From assembly GCA_001003205.1 (NCBI GenBank), contig LCOU01000002.1, positions 1 to 24,507 on the forward strand: DNA of 24,507 nucleotides, given 5' to 3'. The DNA comes from Parcubacteria group bacterium GW2011_GWA2_47_8b (GTDB lineage: Bacteria > Patescibacteriota > Minisyncoccia > UBA6257 > WO2-44-18). The notes below the pieces were generated by a model, which worked only from the letters and a program-made list of their open reading frames with translations, had not been told where the DNA came from and made no database searches. Within the stretch, counting starts at the first letter, position 1. Every line of letters starts with the position of its first letter. The translations under genes were made by a program, and so were the position numbers. Shown here piece by piece: positions 15,657 to 23,321 of this stretch.

Positions 15657-15694
15657 GAAGCAGAATGCCTACTATTATTAATACTAATACTAAT

Positions 15695-16153
15695 ATGGAT
15701 CCAATCATATTTAAAGCCTACGATATCCGAGGCCGCTATCCGAAGGAAATTAACGAGGAAGTTGTCGCCAAAATTGCCCGAGAGGTGCGGGGTAGGCTTG
15801 GCGGCGGTAAGATAGTCGTCGGCCACGACGCCCGCTTAAGCTCACCCGCCCTTTATAAATCCGTTCTTCAATCATTAAAAATTAAAAAATTCCTGCCTGC
15901 CCATGCCTACCGGCAGGCAGGCGGCAGGCAGGTAAAATTTAAAATTGAGGCTGTAGGCCTTGCTACTACGCCCATGTTGTATTTCCTCGTGAATAAGTTG
16001 AAGGCCGCTGGCGGCATTATGATAACCGCCTCTCACAATCCCAAAGAATTTAATGGTCTTAAAATCGTCGGAAAAAAAGCGATACCCATTAGCGGTGCAG
16101 AAATTAAAAAATGGTTCCCGTTAGAAGTGGCACCATCTCAAAATCATTTCTAA
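15695..16153 (+). CDS. Phosphomannomutase/phosphoglucomutase, N-terminal part (domain 1)
   Basis: IFKAYDIRG, VVGHDARLSS and catalytic-serine motif ITASHNP; ends at a stop inside the 16116-16220 element; ATG 15695 is the likely start. Confidence 0.85.
   Translation: MDPIIFKAYDIRGRYPKEINEEVVAKIAREVRGRLGGGKIVVGHDARLSSPALYKSVLQSLKIKKFLPAHAYRQAGGRQVKFKIEAVGLATTPMLYFLVNKLKAAGGIMITASHNPKEFNGLKIVGKKAIPISGAEIKKWFPLEVAPSQNHF
15892..15932. repeat. Nested CCTGCC..GGCAGG palindromic element inside the pgm N-terminal ORF
   Basis: Outer arms CCTGCCTGCC (15892-15901) and GGCAGGCAGG (15923-15932) enclose a second 21-nt copy, CATGCCTACCGGCAGGCAGGC. Confidence 0.85.
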
Positions 16154-16220
16154 CGGCCAAATACAAAATTATGTTAATAAGTTATATCAAAACGTCGATG
16201 ATAGACCACTTCTAACGGGA
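16116..16220. mobile_element. 105-bp MITE-like element with 15-bp perfect terminal inverted repeats, splitting pgm
   Basis: TCCCGTTAGAAGTGG (16116-16130)/CCACTTCTAACGGGA (16206-16220); internal extra TTCTAACGG (16148-16156); AT-rich core with in-frame stops; no coding capacity. Confidence 0.65.
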
Positions 16221-17101
16221 TGGACTACCTAAATTTGTACGTAGATTTTTTAAAAAAATTTTTGAAACCAAAACGGCCCCTGCGCATAGTGTTTGATTGC
16301 TCCAACGGAACGGCCGGAACAGTTCTTTCTAAAATTAAATCCGCCAGTCGGCGGATAAAATTGCAAATTATCAACGCCAAGCCGGACGGGAATTTTCCCG
16401 CTCACGGTCCGAATCCGATGTTGAAGGGCGCGATGGGTGATTTGAAAAAAGCCGTTTTGAAGAATAAGGCAGACCTCGGTGTTATTTTGGACGCCGATGG
16501 CGACCGCGTTTTTTTTGTGGACAATTTGGGTCGGGAAATAAATCCGGATGCCGTGGCTGTCTTGATTTCAAAAAATTTTTCAGGCCCAGTAGTTTTGGAT
16601 GTGCGATCGGGATATTTAATTCGTGAAGCGTTAGCCACCGATAAAAAAACGGTGCTTGATTCCCGTGTTGGCCATTATTTCATTAAAAGATTAATGTCAG
16701 AGAAAAAAGCGGACTTTGGGGCGGAAACATCGGGTCATTACTATTTCAAATTTGGGGAGGCGTACTGGGATTCCGGAATTTTCGGCGCAATCCACCTTAT
16801 TAACGCGTTACCCGACGACGTTGCCGCTTGGATTGATCAGCTTCCGAAATATTTTCAATCGGGAGAAATTAATTTTTCTGTTAAAAACAAAACCGCGGCT
16901 TTACAAAAAATAAAATCCATTTACATAAAAGAGGCAAAAAAAACTTCGGAACTGGATGGACTCAAAATGGAATTTGGGAATTGGTGGTTTAATTTGCGGC
17001 CTTCTAATACGGAAAATTTACTGCGACTAAACATTGAGGCTAGGGGAAAAGATATTTTGGACAAACATTTGCGACAAATTACAGAAAACTTGGTAAAATA
17101 A
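16220..17101 (+). CDS. Phosphomannomutase/phosphoglucomutase, C-terminal part (domains 2-4)
   Basis: VFDCSNGTAG, metal loop DADGDR, sugar loop GAETSGHYYF and phosphate site LRPSNTENLLR; same reading frame as the N-terminal ORF. Confidence 0.87.
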   Translation: MDYLNLYVDFLKKFLKPKRPLRIVFDCSNGTAGTVLSKIKSASRRIKLQIINAKPDGNFPAHGPNPMLKGAMGDLKKAVLKNKADLGVILDADGDRVFFVDNLGREINPDAVAVLISKNFSGPVVLDVRSGYLIREALATDKKTVLDSRVGHYFIKRLMSEKKADFGAETSGHYYFKFGEAYWDSGIFGAIHLINALPDDVAAWIDQLPKYFQSGEINFSVKNKTAALQKIKSIYIKEAKKTSELDGLKMEFGNWWFNLRPSNTENLLRLNIEARGKDILDKHLRQITENLVK

Positions 17102-17125
17102 TCACAGTCCCTTTTTGGAGGTGGT

Positions 17126-17380
17126 ATGCGCCGCGTCGTTTTCTTTGTGATTTTGGCGTTCGTCGGGGTTTTTGTATTCGGTTGCCGCAGTCATCATCAC
17201 CGTTCGGATTCTTCCACCGTCTCTGACGGAGGTGACAATACTTCTGATGACGGTGATGAGGACAAGGACAAGCACGAGAACAACGGCGATAACGGCAAGA
17301 ACAACGGCAAGGGACATCACAAGAATTCAGACAAGCCCGGCCATCGTCATCATGGTGATGACGAATCCGAAAACAAGTAA
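17126..17380 (+). CDS. Small putative lipoprotein with an Asp/His/Asn/Gly-rich low-complexity body
   Basis: Strong SD GGAGGT (17117-17122); MRR, a hydrophobic stretch, then VFG-C (lipobox-like); 84 aa. Confidence 0.7.
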   Translation: MRRVVFFVILAFVGVFVFGCRSHHHRSDSSTVSDGGDNTSDDGDEDKDKHENNGDNGKNNGKGHHKNSDKPGHRHHGDDESENK

Positions 17381-17388
17381 TATGATAG

Positions 17389-17952
17389 CTAGAATAGAGT
17401 GGCCGGCAAGTCCACTTCCTGCCAACCCAAAGCTACCTTCATCAGTTCGCCAGTTTGGCGATGAGGCACCATTAGGTGCCTCTGTTTTTTTGCCAGTTCA
17501 TAAAGCTCTTTGGTAATTTTAACGTCGTTAAGGCAATAATTTTTCAGTTCTTCAAAATTACCCTCCCGATAAAATTTAATTGCCTCAAGCCCGTGGTGTG
17601 TTTTTCCGATACCGAGATTCGTTTTTGCCAGAATATCCAGGCTAATGCGGCTACCCAGACCGATTTCCACCTCTTCCAGGAGGTCCAGTCGGGGAATGCC
17701 CCAGATGTCAAAATTGACGTATTTTTCCAGAACCGGAATGTCAAAACGATTGATGCTAAAGCCGATTATCAAGCCGGCTTTTTTTAGAAGTTCATTTAAT
17801 TCGCCGAACTGATTTTCAAAAAAAGAAAAGTAAGCATCCTTGTTGTACGAATAAACGCCGACGAAAGAAGCGTCCAGTTTTTTGATATGTTCTTGCCCGC
17901 CAACGTCGGCAAAGGTATTTTTTGTTTCTATGTCTATTACAAGTTTATCCAT
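17389..17952 (-). CDS. RNase H-like DEDD exonuclease-domain protein (RNase_H_2/YprB-like)
   Basis: LVIDIET, IIGFSINRFDIPVL and YCLNDV acidic motifs. Confidence 0.82.
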   Translation of the reverse strand: MDKLVIDIETKNTFADVGGQEHIKKLDASFVGVYSYNKDAYFSFFENQFGELNELLKKAGLIIGFSINRFDIPVLEKYVNFDIWGIPRLDLLEEVEIGLGSRISLDILAKTNLGIGKTHHGLEAIKFYREGNFEELKNYCLNDVKITKELYELAKKQRHLMVPHRQTGELMKVALGWQEVDLPATLF

Positions 17953-17955
17953 TGG

Positions 17956-18438
17956 CTAGACATGCCGGTCGGCTACGTTAGACGCGGCATAACTTTCGGG
18001 CTTGGTTTTTACCTCAAAATTGTTGGCGCGAATCATTCCTACTAATTCCTGGATCATAACTTTTGAAGCGCCGTTTTCACCGACATCAATATGAATTTCA
18101 AAATCAAACTTTGGCGCTTCCATTTGTTTTAATTCGCTCAAGAATTCTTTGGCGGCTTCTAACGAAATCAGCACTTCGTGGGTTATGCGATCGCGCAGGG
18201 TGTGGAATTTTCCTGGATTATCAATACGCCGCCAAAAGTAGCGGCCTCCGCGGCCGACTCGGTGAACTACAATGGCGGTCACAAAGTCGGCGAGATCGTT
18301 GTGAGTTCTAAGCGAATCGGTGCCAATGGTTATCTTGTATTCCTTTTGAGAATCGGCCCTCATAAAGTTAACTATTTCCCGCCCTACCTGTTCGGCGCTC
18401 ATTTTTAACCCCACGGAGCTATTGAAAAAATCTGACAT
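17956..18438 (-). CDS. RNase H-like YkuK (DUF458) family protein
   Basis: ITIGTDS, FVTAIVVHRVGRGGRYF, EIHIDVGENG and KPESYAASNVAD. Confidence 0.82.
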   Translation of the reverse strand: MSDFFNSSVGLKMSAEQVGREIVNFMRADSQKEYKITIGTDSLRTHNDLADFVTAIVVHRVGRGGRYFWRRIDNPGKFHTLRDRITHEVLISLEAAKEFLSELKQMEAPKFDFEIHIDVGENGASKVMIQELVGMIRANNFEVKTKPESYAASNVADRHV

Positions 18439-18465
18439 TGGCTATAAAGTAACTCTTTTTAGGGT

Positions 18466-19767
18466 ATGAAGTCAATTTATTTAGATTACGCCGCCTCAAC
18501 GCCTATTGATCCGCGGGTTGTAGCGGCGATGTCGCCTTATTTTACCGAAATTTTCGCCAATCCCAATTCCCTTCATCGCTTCGGCCAAGAAGCGTCCCGG
18601 GCCGTTTTTGTTTCACGTCAAACAATTGCCCGCTCTCTTGGCGCCGATTATAAGGAAATTATTTTTACGGGTTCGGCAACCGAAGCGAATAATCTAGCCT
18701 TGCGAGGCTCGATTAAAGCGATCCAAAAAATTCAAATACATTCGAATAATTCGAATGGAAATTCGGATATTTTGAATCGCCCAAGAATTATCGTTTCCGT
18801 GATTGAGCACGAATCGGTTCTAGAAACCTGCCGAGATTTGGAAAAGGAAGGAGTGGAGGTAATTTACATTTCCGTTAATAAGGAAGGAATTGTGGATTTG
18901 AAAAAGTTGAAGTCGACATTAAACGACCGAACTGTATTAGTTTCCGTGATGTATGCCAACAACGAAATTGGCACCATTCAGCCCATTGATAAAATTTCTG
19001 AAATTATCAGAAATTTTAGAGAATCAAGAATCAAGAATCAAGAATCAAGAAAGGCGGATTCAAAATTCATAATTCATAATTCTTTATTCCCGCTATTTCA
19101 TACCGACGCCGTCCAGGCATTTCAATATTTGGATTGTAACGTGAAGAATTTAGGCGTTGATCTAATGACCCTCTCGGCTCATAAAATATACGGACCGAAG
19201 GGAATAGGGGCGCTCTATGTGCGCGATGCGATTCAAAAAATTCAAATACATTCGAATAATTCGAATGGAAATTCGGATATTTCGGATCGCTTGCTAGCAC
19301 CCATAATAACTGGCGGCGATCAAGAAAACGGTTTGCGTTCCGGCACGGAAAATGTTTCCTATATTGTCGGTTTCGCCAAGGCGGTGGAAATTGCCGATAA
19401 GGTGAGGGGGCCAGAGTCGGCTCGCGTGGAAAAATTGCGAAACTATTTTTGGCGATCGCTTCAAAAGGCGTTTGGTTCAAAATCAATCGCGCTAAACGGG
19501 TCTCTGCAAAATCGCCTGCCGAATAACCTCAATATTTATTTTGCCGGCCGGAGCGCGCAGGAGTTGCTGATTAAACTTGACTTGGTTGGCGGAGTGGCCG
19601 CCTCATCCGGCGCCGCTTGCGCTACGCGCGTGAATAAGGAGTCTCATGTATTGAAGGCGCTCGGTTTTACGCCCGCGCGCGCGTCGGGAAGTTTAAGATT
19701 CAGTTTGGGCCGTCCGACTACAAAAAAAGAAATAGACTCGGCGGTTGAAAAGTTGAAAAACCGTTAA
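18466..19767 (+). CDS. iscS: Cysteine desulfurase (IscS/NifS), expanded by three low-complexity insertions
   Basis: YLDYAASTP, FTGSATEANN, HTDAVQ, PLP-lysine motif TLSAHKIYGPKG and catalytic Cys motif SSGAAC. Confidence 0.93.
   Translation: MKSIYLDYAASTPIDPRVVAAMSPYFTEIFANPNSLHRFGQEASRAVFVSRQTIARSLGADYKEIIFTGSATEANNLALRGSIKAIQKIQIHSNNSNGNSDILNRPRIIVSVIEHESVLETCRDLEKEGVEVIYISVNKEGIVDLKKLKSTLNDRTVLVSVMYANNEIGTIQPIDKISEIIRNFRESRIKNQESRKADSKFIIHNSLFPLFHTDAVQAFQYLDCNVKNLGVDLMTLSAHKIYGPKGIGALYVRDAIQKIQIHSNNSNGNSDISDRLLAPIITGGDQENGLRSGTENVSYIVGFAKAVEIADKVRGPESARVEKLRNYFWRSLQKAFGSKSIALNGSLQNRLPNNLNIYFAGRSAQELLIKLDLVGGVAASSGAACATRVNKESHVLKALGFTPARASGSLRFSLGRPTTKKEIDSAVEKLKNR
18718..19290 (+). repeat. 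63-bp direct repeat (18718-18780 and 19228-19290) and heptamer arrays (19021-19083) inside iscS
   Basis: The two 63-bp copies match at 60/63 and both encode AIQKIQIHSNNSNGNSDI; (GAATCAA)x4 at 19021-19048; ATTCAAA-ATTCATA-ATTCATA-ATTCT at 19058-19083. Confidence 0.92.
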
Positions 19768-19792
19768 TTTTGTGTTAATCTGTCAGTAGAAA

Positions 19793-22405
19793 ATGCCTAA
19801 TTTCAACCGTTTCACAATCAGGGCGCAGGAGGCGATACAAAGCGCTCAAGAGCTTGCCGCCCAGCGAAATCACGGCGAATTTAAAATTGTTCACCTTCTT
19901 TTTGCGTTAATTAGCGACGAGCAATCCTTGGTTCGTCCCATGCTGGTCAAGGCCGGCGTCAATTTGGATGTCTTATATAGGGAGATTGAGGAAGAGCTCA
20001 AAAAAATGCCCAAGATTTTTACGACTTCCAATGTCGGCCAGCTTTATCTTTCACCGGAGTTGATGCAGGTTTTGGATAAGGCCGGTAAAATCGCCATTTC
20101 CCAAAAGGACGAATATATTTCCTGCGAGCATTTGCTTTTGGGCATTTTAGACTTCGCTTCCTCGGCGCAAAAAATATTGGAAAGATTCGGGTTGAAACGA
20201 GACGCGGCTTTTCGGGCGCTGGCGCAACTGCGCGGCTCCGCGCGGGTAACCGATGAAAGTCCCGAGAGTAAATTTCAGGTTTTGGAAAAATACGCCGTCA
20301 ATCTTACCGATCGGGCGCGCGAGGGGAAATTGGATCCGGTTATCGGCCGTAGCGAAGAGTTGCACCGCTTGATTCAGGTTTTGAGCCGCCGCACCAAAAA
20401 CAATCCGGTTTTGATAGGGGAGTCGGGGGTGGGCAAGACGGCGATTGTTGAAGGGCTCGCCCAAAGAATTATTTCCGGCGACGTTCCTGAAACCCTAAAA
20501 GACAAAGAAATTATTATGCTTGACTTGGGGTCGCTCATTGCCGGCACTAAATTCCGCGGCGAGTTTGAGGACCGGCTCAAGGCTTTTGTTAAGGAAATTC
20601 AGAATGCCGCCGGCCGGCTTATTTTATTCATTGACGAAATTCATATGATTGTCGGCGCTGGCGCCGCCGAGGGCGCCATTGACGCCTCCAATCTCCTTAA
20701 GTCACCGCTCGCCCGCGGCGAACTTCATGCCATTGGCGCCACCACCACCAGGGAGTACCAGCGTCACATAGAGAAAGACGCGGCCTTGGAGCGCCGTTTT
20801 CAGCCCATCGTAGTTGAGGAACCCAGCGTTGAGGACGCGGTTCTGATTTTGCGCGGGCTTAAGGAAAAATACGAAATGCATCACGGTTTGCGCATTAGCG
20901 ACGAGGCGATTATCGCCGCCGTTAATCTTTCGGCGCGTTATATCAGCGACCGTTTTTTGCCGGACAAGGCCATTGATTTAATTGACGAGGCGGCGGCGGC
21001 TCGCCGCCTGGAAGCCGAAAGCCTGCCGACGGAAATAGAGAAGGTAAGGCGTGAAATTACCCGCAACGAAGTGGAGCGCTCGGCAATAAGCGGAGATGCC
21101 TCGCCTAATAGCAAGGCTCGTCTTAAAGTTCTCAAAGACTCAATTGAAAAACTTAAATCAAAAGACGAAGATTTGTCGGCTTCCTGGCGCGGGGAAAAAC
21201 TTGCCATGGAAAATTTGCACAATCTTCGCAAAAAAATAGATGACCTCAAGCGCCAGGCGGAAGTGGCGGAACGGGAAGGAAATTTGGAAGGGGTGGCAAA
21301 AATAATTTACGGTACTTTGCCGCAGGCCGAGAAGGATTACAAAAATTTTGAGAAAAAGAATGCCAAATCCGGCGGCTTTATCAGAGAATCGGTTGACCCT
21401 GAAGACATCGCGGCGGTGGTTTCCCGCTGGACGGGCATTCCGGTCAGCAGAATGCTGGAATCAGAAGCGAAAAAATTGACGCGCATTGAGGAGACGCTGG
21501 GTCAGAGAGTTATCGGCCAGAGCGAAGCCTTGAGCGCCGTTGCCAATTCGTTGCGGCGGGCGAGGGCCGGTTTGGCGGACGAGAATCGGCCGCTGGGTTC
21601 CTTTATGTTTTTAGGCCCAACCGGCGTAGGCAAAACCGAACTGGCCCGTACGCTGGCCGAATTTATGTTCAATGACGAAAAAGCGATTGTCCGCATTGAT
21701 ATGTCGGAATATATGGAAAAGCATTCCGTTGCCCGATTGATTGGTTCGCCGCCGGGCTATGTTGGTTTTGAGGACGGCGGTCAACTTACCGAAATCATTA
21801 GGCATCGCCCGTACAGTTTGATTTTGTTTGATGAAATTGAAAAAGCTCACCCCGAGGTATTCAATATCTTGTTGCAAATTTTGGACAACGGCCGATTGAC
21901 CGATGGCAAGGGTAAGCTGGTCAACTTCAAGAACGCGATTATTATTATGACCTCCAATGTTGGCAGCCAGTACTTCAAGGAAATGTCCAGGTTGGGATTT
22001 GTCTCCGATGGCAATCAGGCGGAGGCCAAAGAAGCTGATTTAAAAGAAAGGATTTTGGAATCTCTGAAGCGCACGTTCAAGCCGGAATTTTTGAACCGCA
22101 TAGATGAAACCGTCGTATTTAATACGCTCCGCAAAAAAGAAATAGAAAAAATAGTTGATTTGCAGGTTGAAATGCTTAAAGAGAGGCTAAAGGAGCGCAA
22201 TATTAAAATTAATATTGATACGGCGGCCAAGAAATATATAGTAGATAATGGCTTTGACCCGGAATATGGCGCCAGGCCGATTCGGCGCTTGATTCAAAAA
22301 GCTATTCTGGACAAGCTAGCGGATAAAATTATAGGCGGTCAAATAAAAGATGGCGACAAAGTTAAAATCAGTTTTGAAAAGTCCTCAATTACTGTTAGCT
22401 CTTAA
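19793..22405 (+). CDS. clpB: ATP-dependent chaperone ClpB
   Basis: Clp N-domain, two AAA+ modules (GESGVGKT and GPTGVGKT), [21 protein letters not shown]-like motif and a long coiled-coil middle domain. Confidence 0.96.
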   Translation: MPNFNRFTIRAQEAIQSAQELAAQRNHGEFKIVHLLFALISDEQSLVRPMLVKAGVNLDVLYREIEEELKKMPKIFTTSNVGQLYLSPELMQVLDKAGKIAISQKDEYISCEHLLLGILDFASSAQKILERFGLKRDAAFRALAQLRGSARVTDESPESKFQVLEKYAVNLTDRAREGKLDPVIGRSEELHRLIQVLSRRTKNNPVLIGESGVGKTAIVEGLAQRIISGDVPETLKDKEIIMLDLGSLIAGTKFRGEFEDRLKAFVKEIQNAAGRLILFIDEIHMIVGAGAAEGAIDASNLLKSPLARGELHAIGATTTREYQRHIEKDAALERRFQPIVVEEPSVEDAVLILRGLKEKYEMHHGLRISDEAIIAAVNLSARYISDRFLPDKAIDLIDEAAAARRLEAESLPTEIEKVRREITRNEVERSAISGDASPNSKARLKVLKDSIEKLKSKDEDLSASWRGEKLAMENLHNLRKKIDDLKRQAEVAEREGNLEGVAKIIYGTLPQAEKDYKNFEKKNAKSGGFIRESVDPEDIAAVVSRWTGIPVSRMLESEAKKLTRIEETLGQRVIGQSEALSAVANSLRRARAGLADENRPLGSFMFLGPTGVGKTELARTLAEFMFNDEKAIVRIDMSEYMEKHSVARLIGSPPGYVGFEDGGQLTEIIRHRPYSLILFDEIEKAHPEVFNILLQILDNGRLTDGKGKLVNFKNAIIIMTSNVGSQYFKEMSRLGFVSDGNQAEAKEADLKERILESLKRTFKPEFLNRIDETVVFNTLRKKEIEKIVDLQVEMLKERLKERNIKINIDTAAKKYIVDNGFDPEYGARPIRRLIQKAILDKLADKIIGGQIKDGDKVKISFEKSSITVSS

Positions 22406-23057
22406 AGCTGTTGCGTTTGGCATCGGCCTGAACTTTTTGCCGGCGGCGCTTTTTGTGCCGCTGGCTATTTTACTGTACGCAATCCCGTTTTTTAGGACCA
22501 TTGAGCTCATCCGCCCCCTCTCCGTTCTTGTAGTTGTTTCCTTGCTTGCTTTGCGAACTGTAAACAGGTGGGATTACTCGCTGTTTTTGGTTGTATATTT
22601 CGCCTTTTTATTTTATTTGATTTTGGGGATTAAAGACTTAGTCGTGATAAAGAGAGCCGGCTGGTACCGGTTTTTGAACCTGGCGCTGGTGCATATGATC
22701 CTGCTCCTGTTTTTTTACTACAATCAGGAATTTTTCTTGATAAAACTCGTAATCGTCTTCTGCGCGCTTCTATTTTTACTAAAAGAGCTGTTAAAGAATC
22801 GTTTGGTAGTTTGGCTGCTTGCCTTTTTAATGACGCAAAGCATTTGGGCGATTGGCCTCTTGCCAGTTGGTTTTATAAACGCCGCCAATTTTGGACTGCT
22901 CGCCTATTTTATTATGTTGGACTTGGCCGAATATCAACTTTCAGGCCCTGCCTACCGGCAGGCAGGCTATTTGCCTCGCCGACGGATTTTAACAGATGTG
23001 ACTATTTTCGTTTTGTTGGCGCTTTTGATTTTTGCCACGTCCCGTTGGGGGCTTTAA
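22350..23057 (+). CDS. Multi-pass membrane protein of unknown function
   Basis: About seven hydrophobic helices. The start is uncertain: ATG 22350 overlaps clpB by 56 nt. Contains an in-frame palindromic insert at 22947-22966. Confidence 0.72.
   Translation: MATKLKSVLKSPQLLLALKAVAFGIGLNFLPAALFVPLAILLYAIPFFRTIELIRPLSVLVVVSLLALRTVNRWDYSLFLVVYFAFLFYLILGIKDLVVIKRAGWYRFLNLALVHMILLLFFYYNQEFFLIKLVIVFCALLFLLKELLKNRLVVWLLAFLMTQSIWAIGLLPVGFINAANFGLLAYFIMLDLAEYQLSGPAYRQAGYLPRRRILTDVTIFVLLALLIFATSRWGL
22947..22966. repeat. CCTGCCTACCGGCAGGCAGG palindromic element in the membrane-protein CDS
   Basis: 19/20 identical to the intergenic palindrome at 5644-5663; encodes PAYRQAG. Confidence 0.85.
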
Positions 23058-23321
23058 GAGTGTCCCGCTTGCCTGAATTGTCTGTAAGGACCGGCGGTTC
23101 TTTTGCCCAGCGGCAAAATCCCGCCTATGGGCTCACCGCGAAACTTTTATTTAACCTCCTATTATAAATAAAAGACCATGCTTTCGCGGCTCCGCCAATT
23201 CCTTTCAGAAGAGTTTGTGTGGGAGTTCGCTCTATGACAGGCGCTCGCTTGGGTTTCGGAGAAAAGAAAGTGGCGGAGGGAGACAAAATGATTCTCTTAG
23301 CAAAACCAAAAGCGCCGTGTT

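Noticed and set aside
15665-15694. pgm start at 15665 (MPTIINTNTN)
   Set aside because: It derives from a TAATAC mini-repeat in the divergent gap; family homology begins at MDPIIFKAYDIRG (15695).
17102-17516. Alternative ORFs 17102-17320 (minus) and 17172-17516 (plus)
   Set aside because: They are alternative frames of the low-complexity lipoprotein gene; only 17126 has an SD and signal-peptide architecture.
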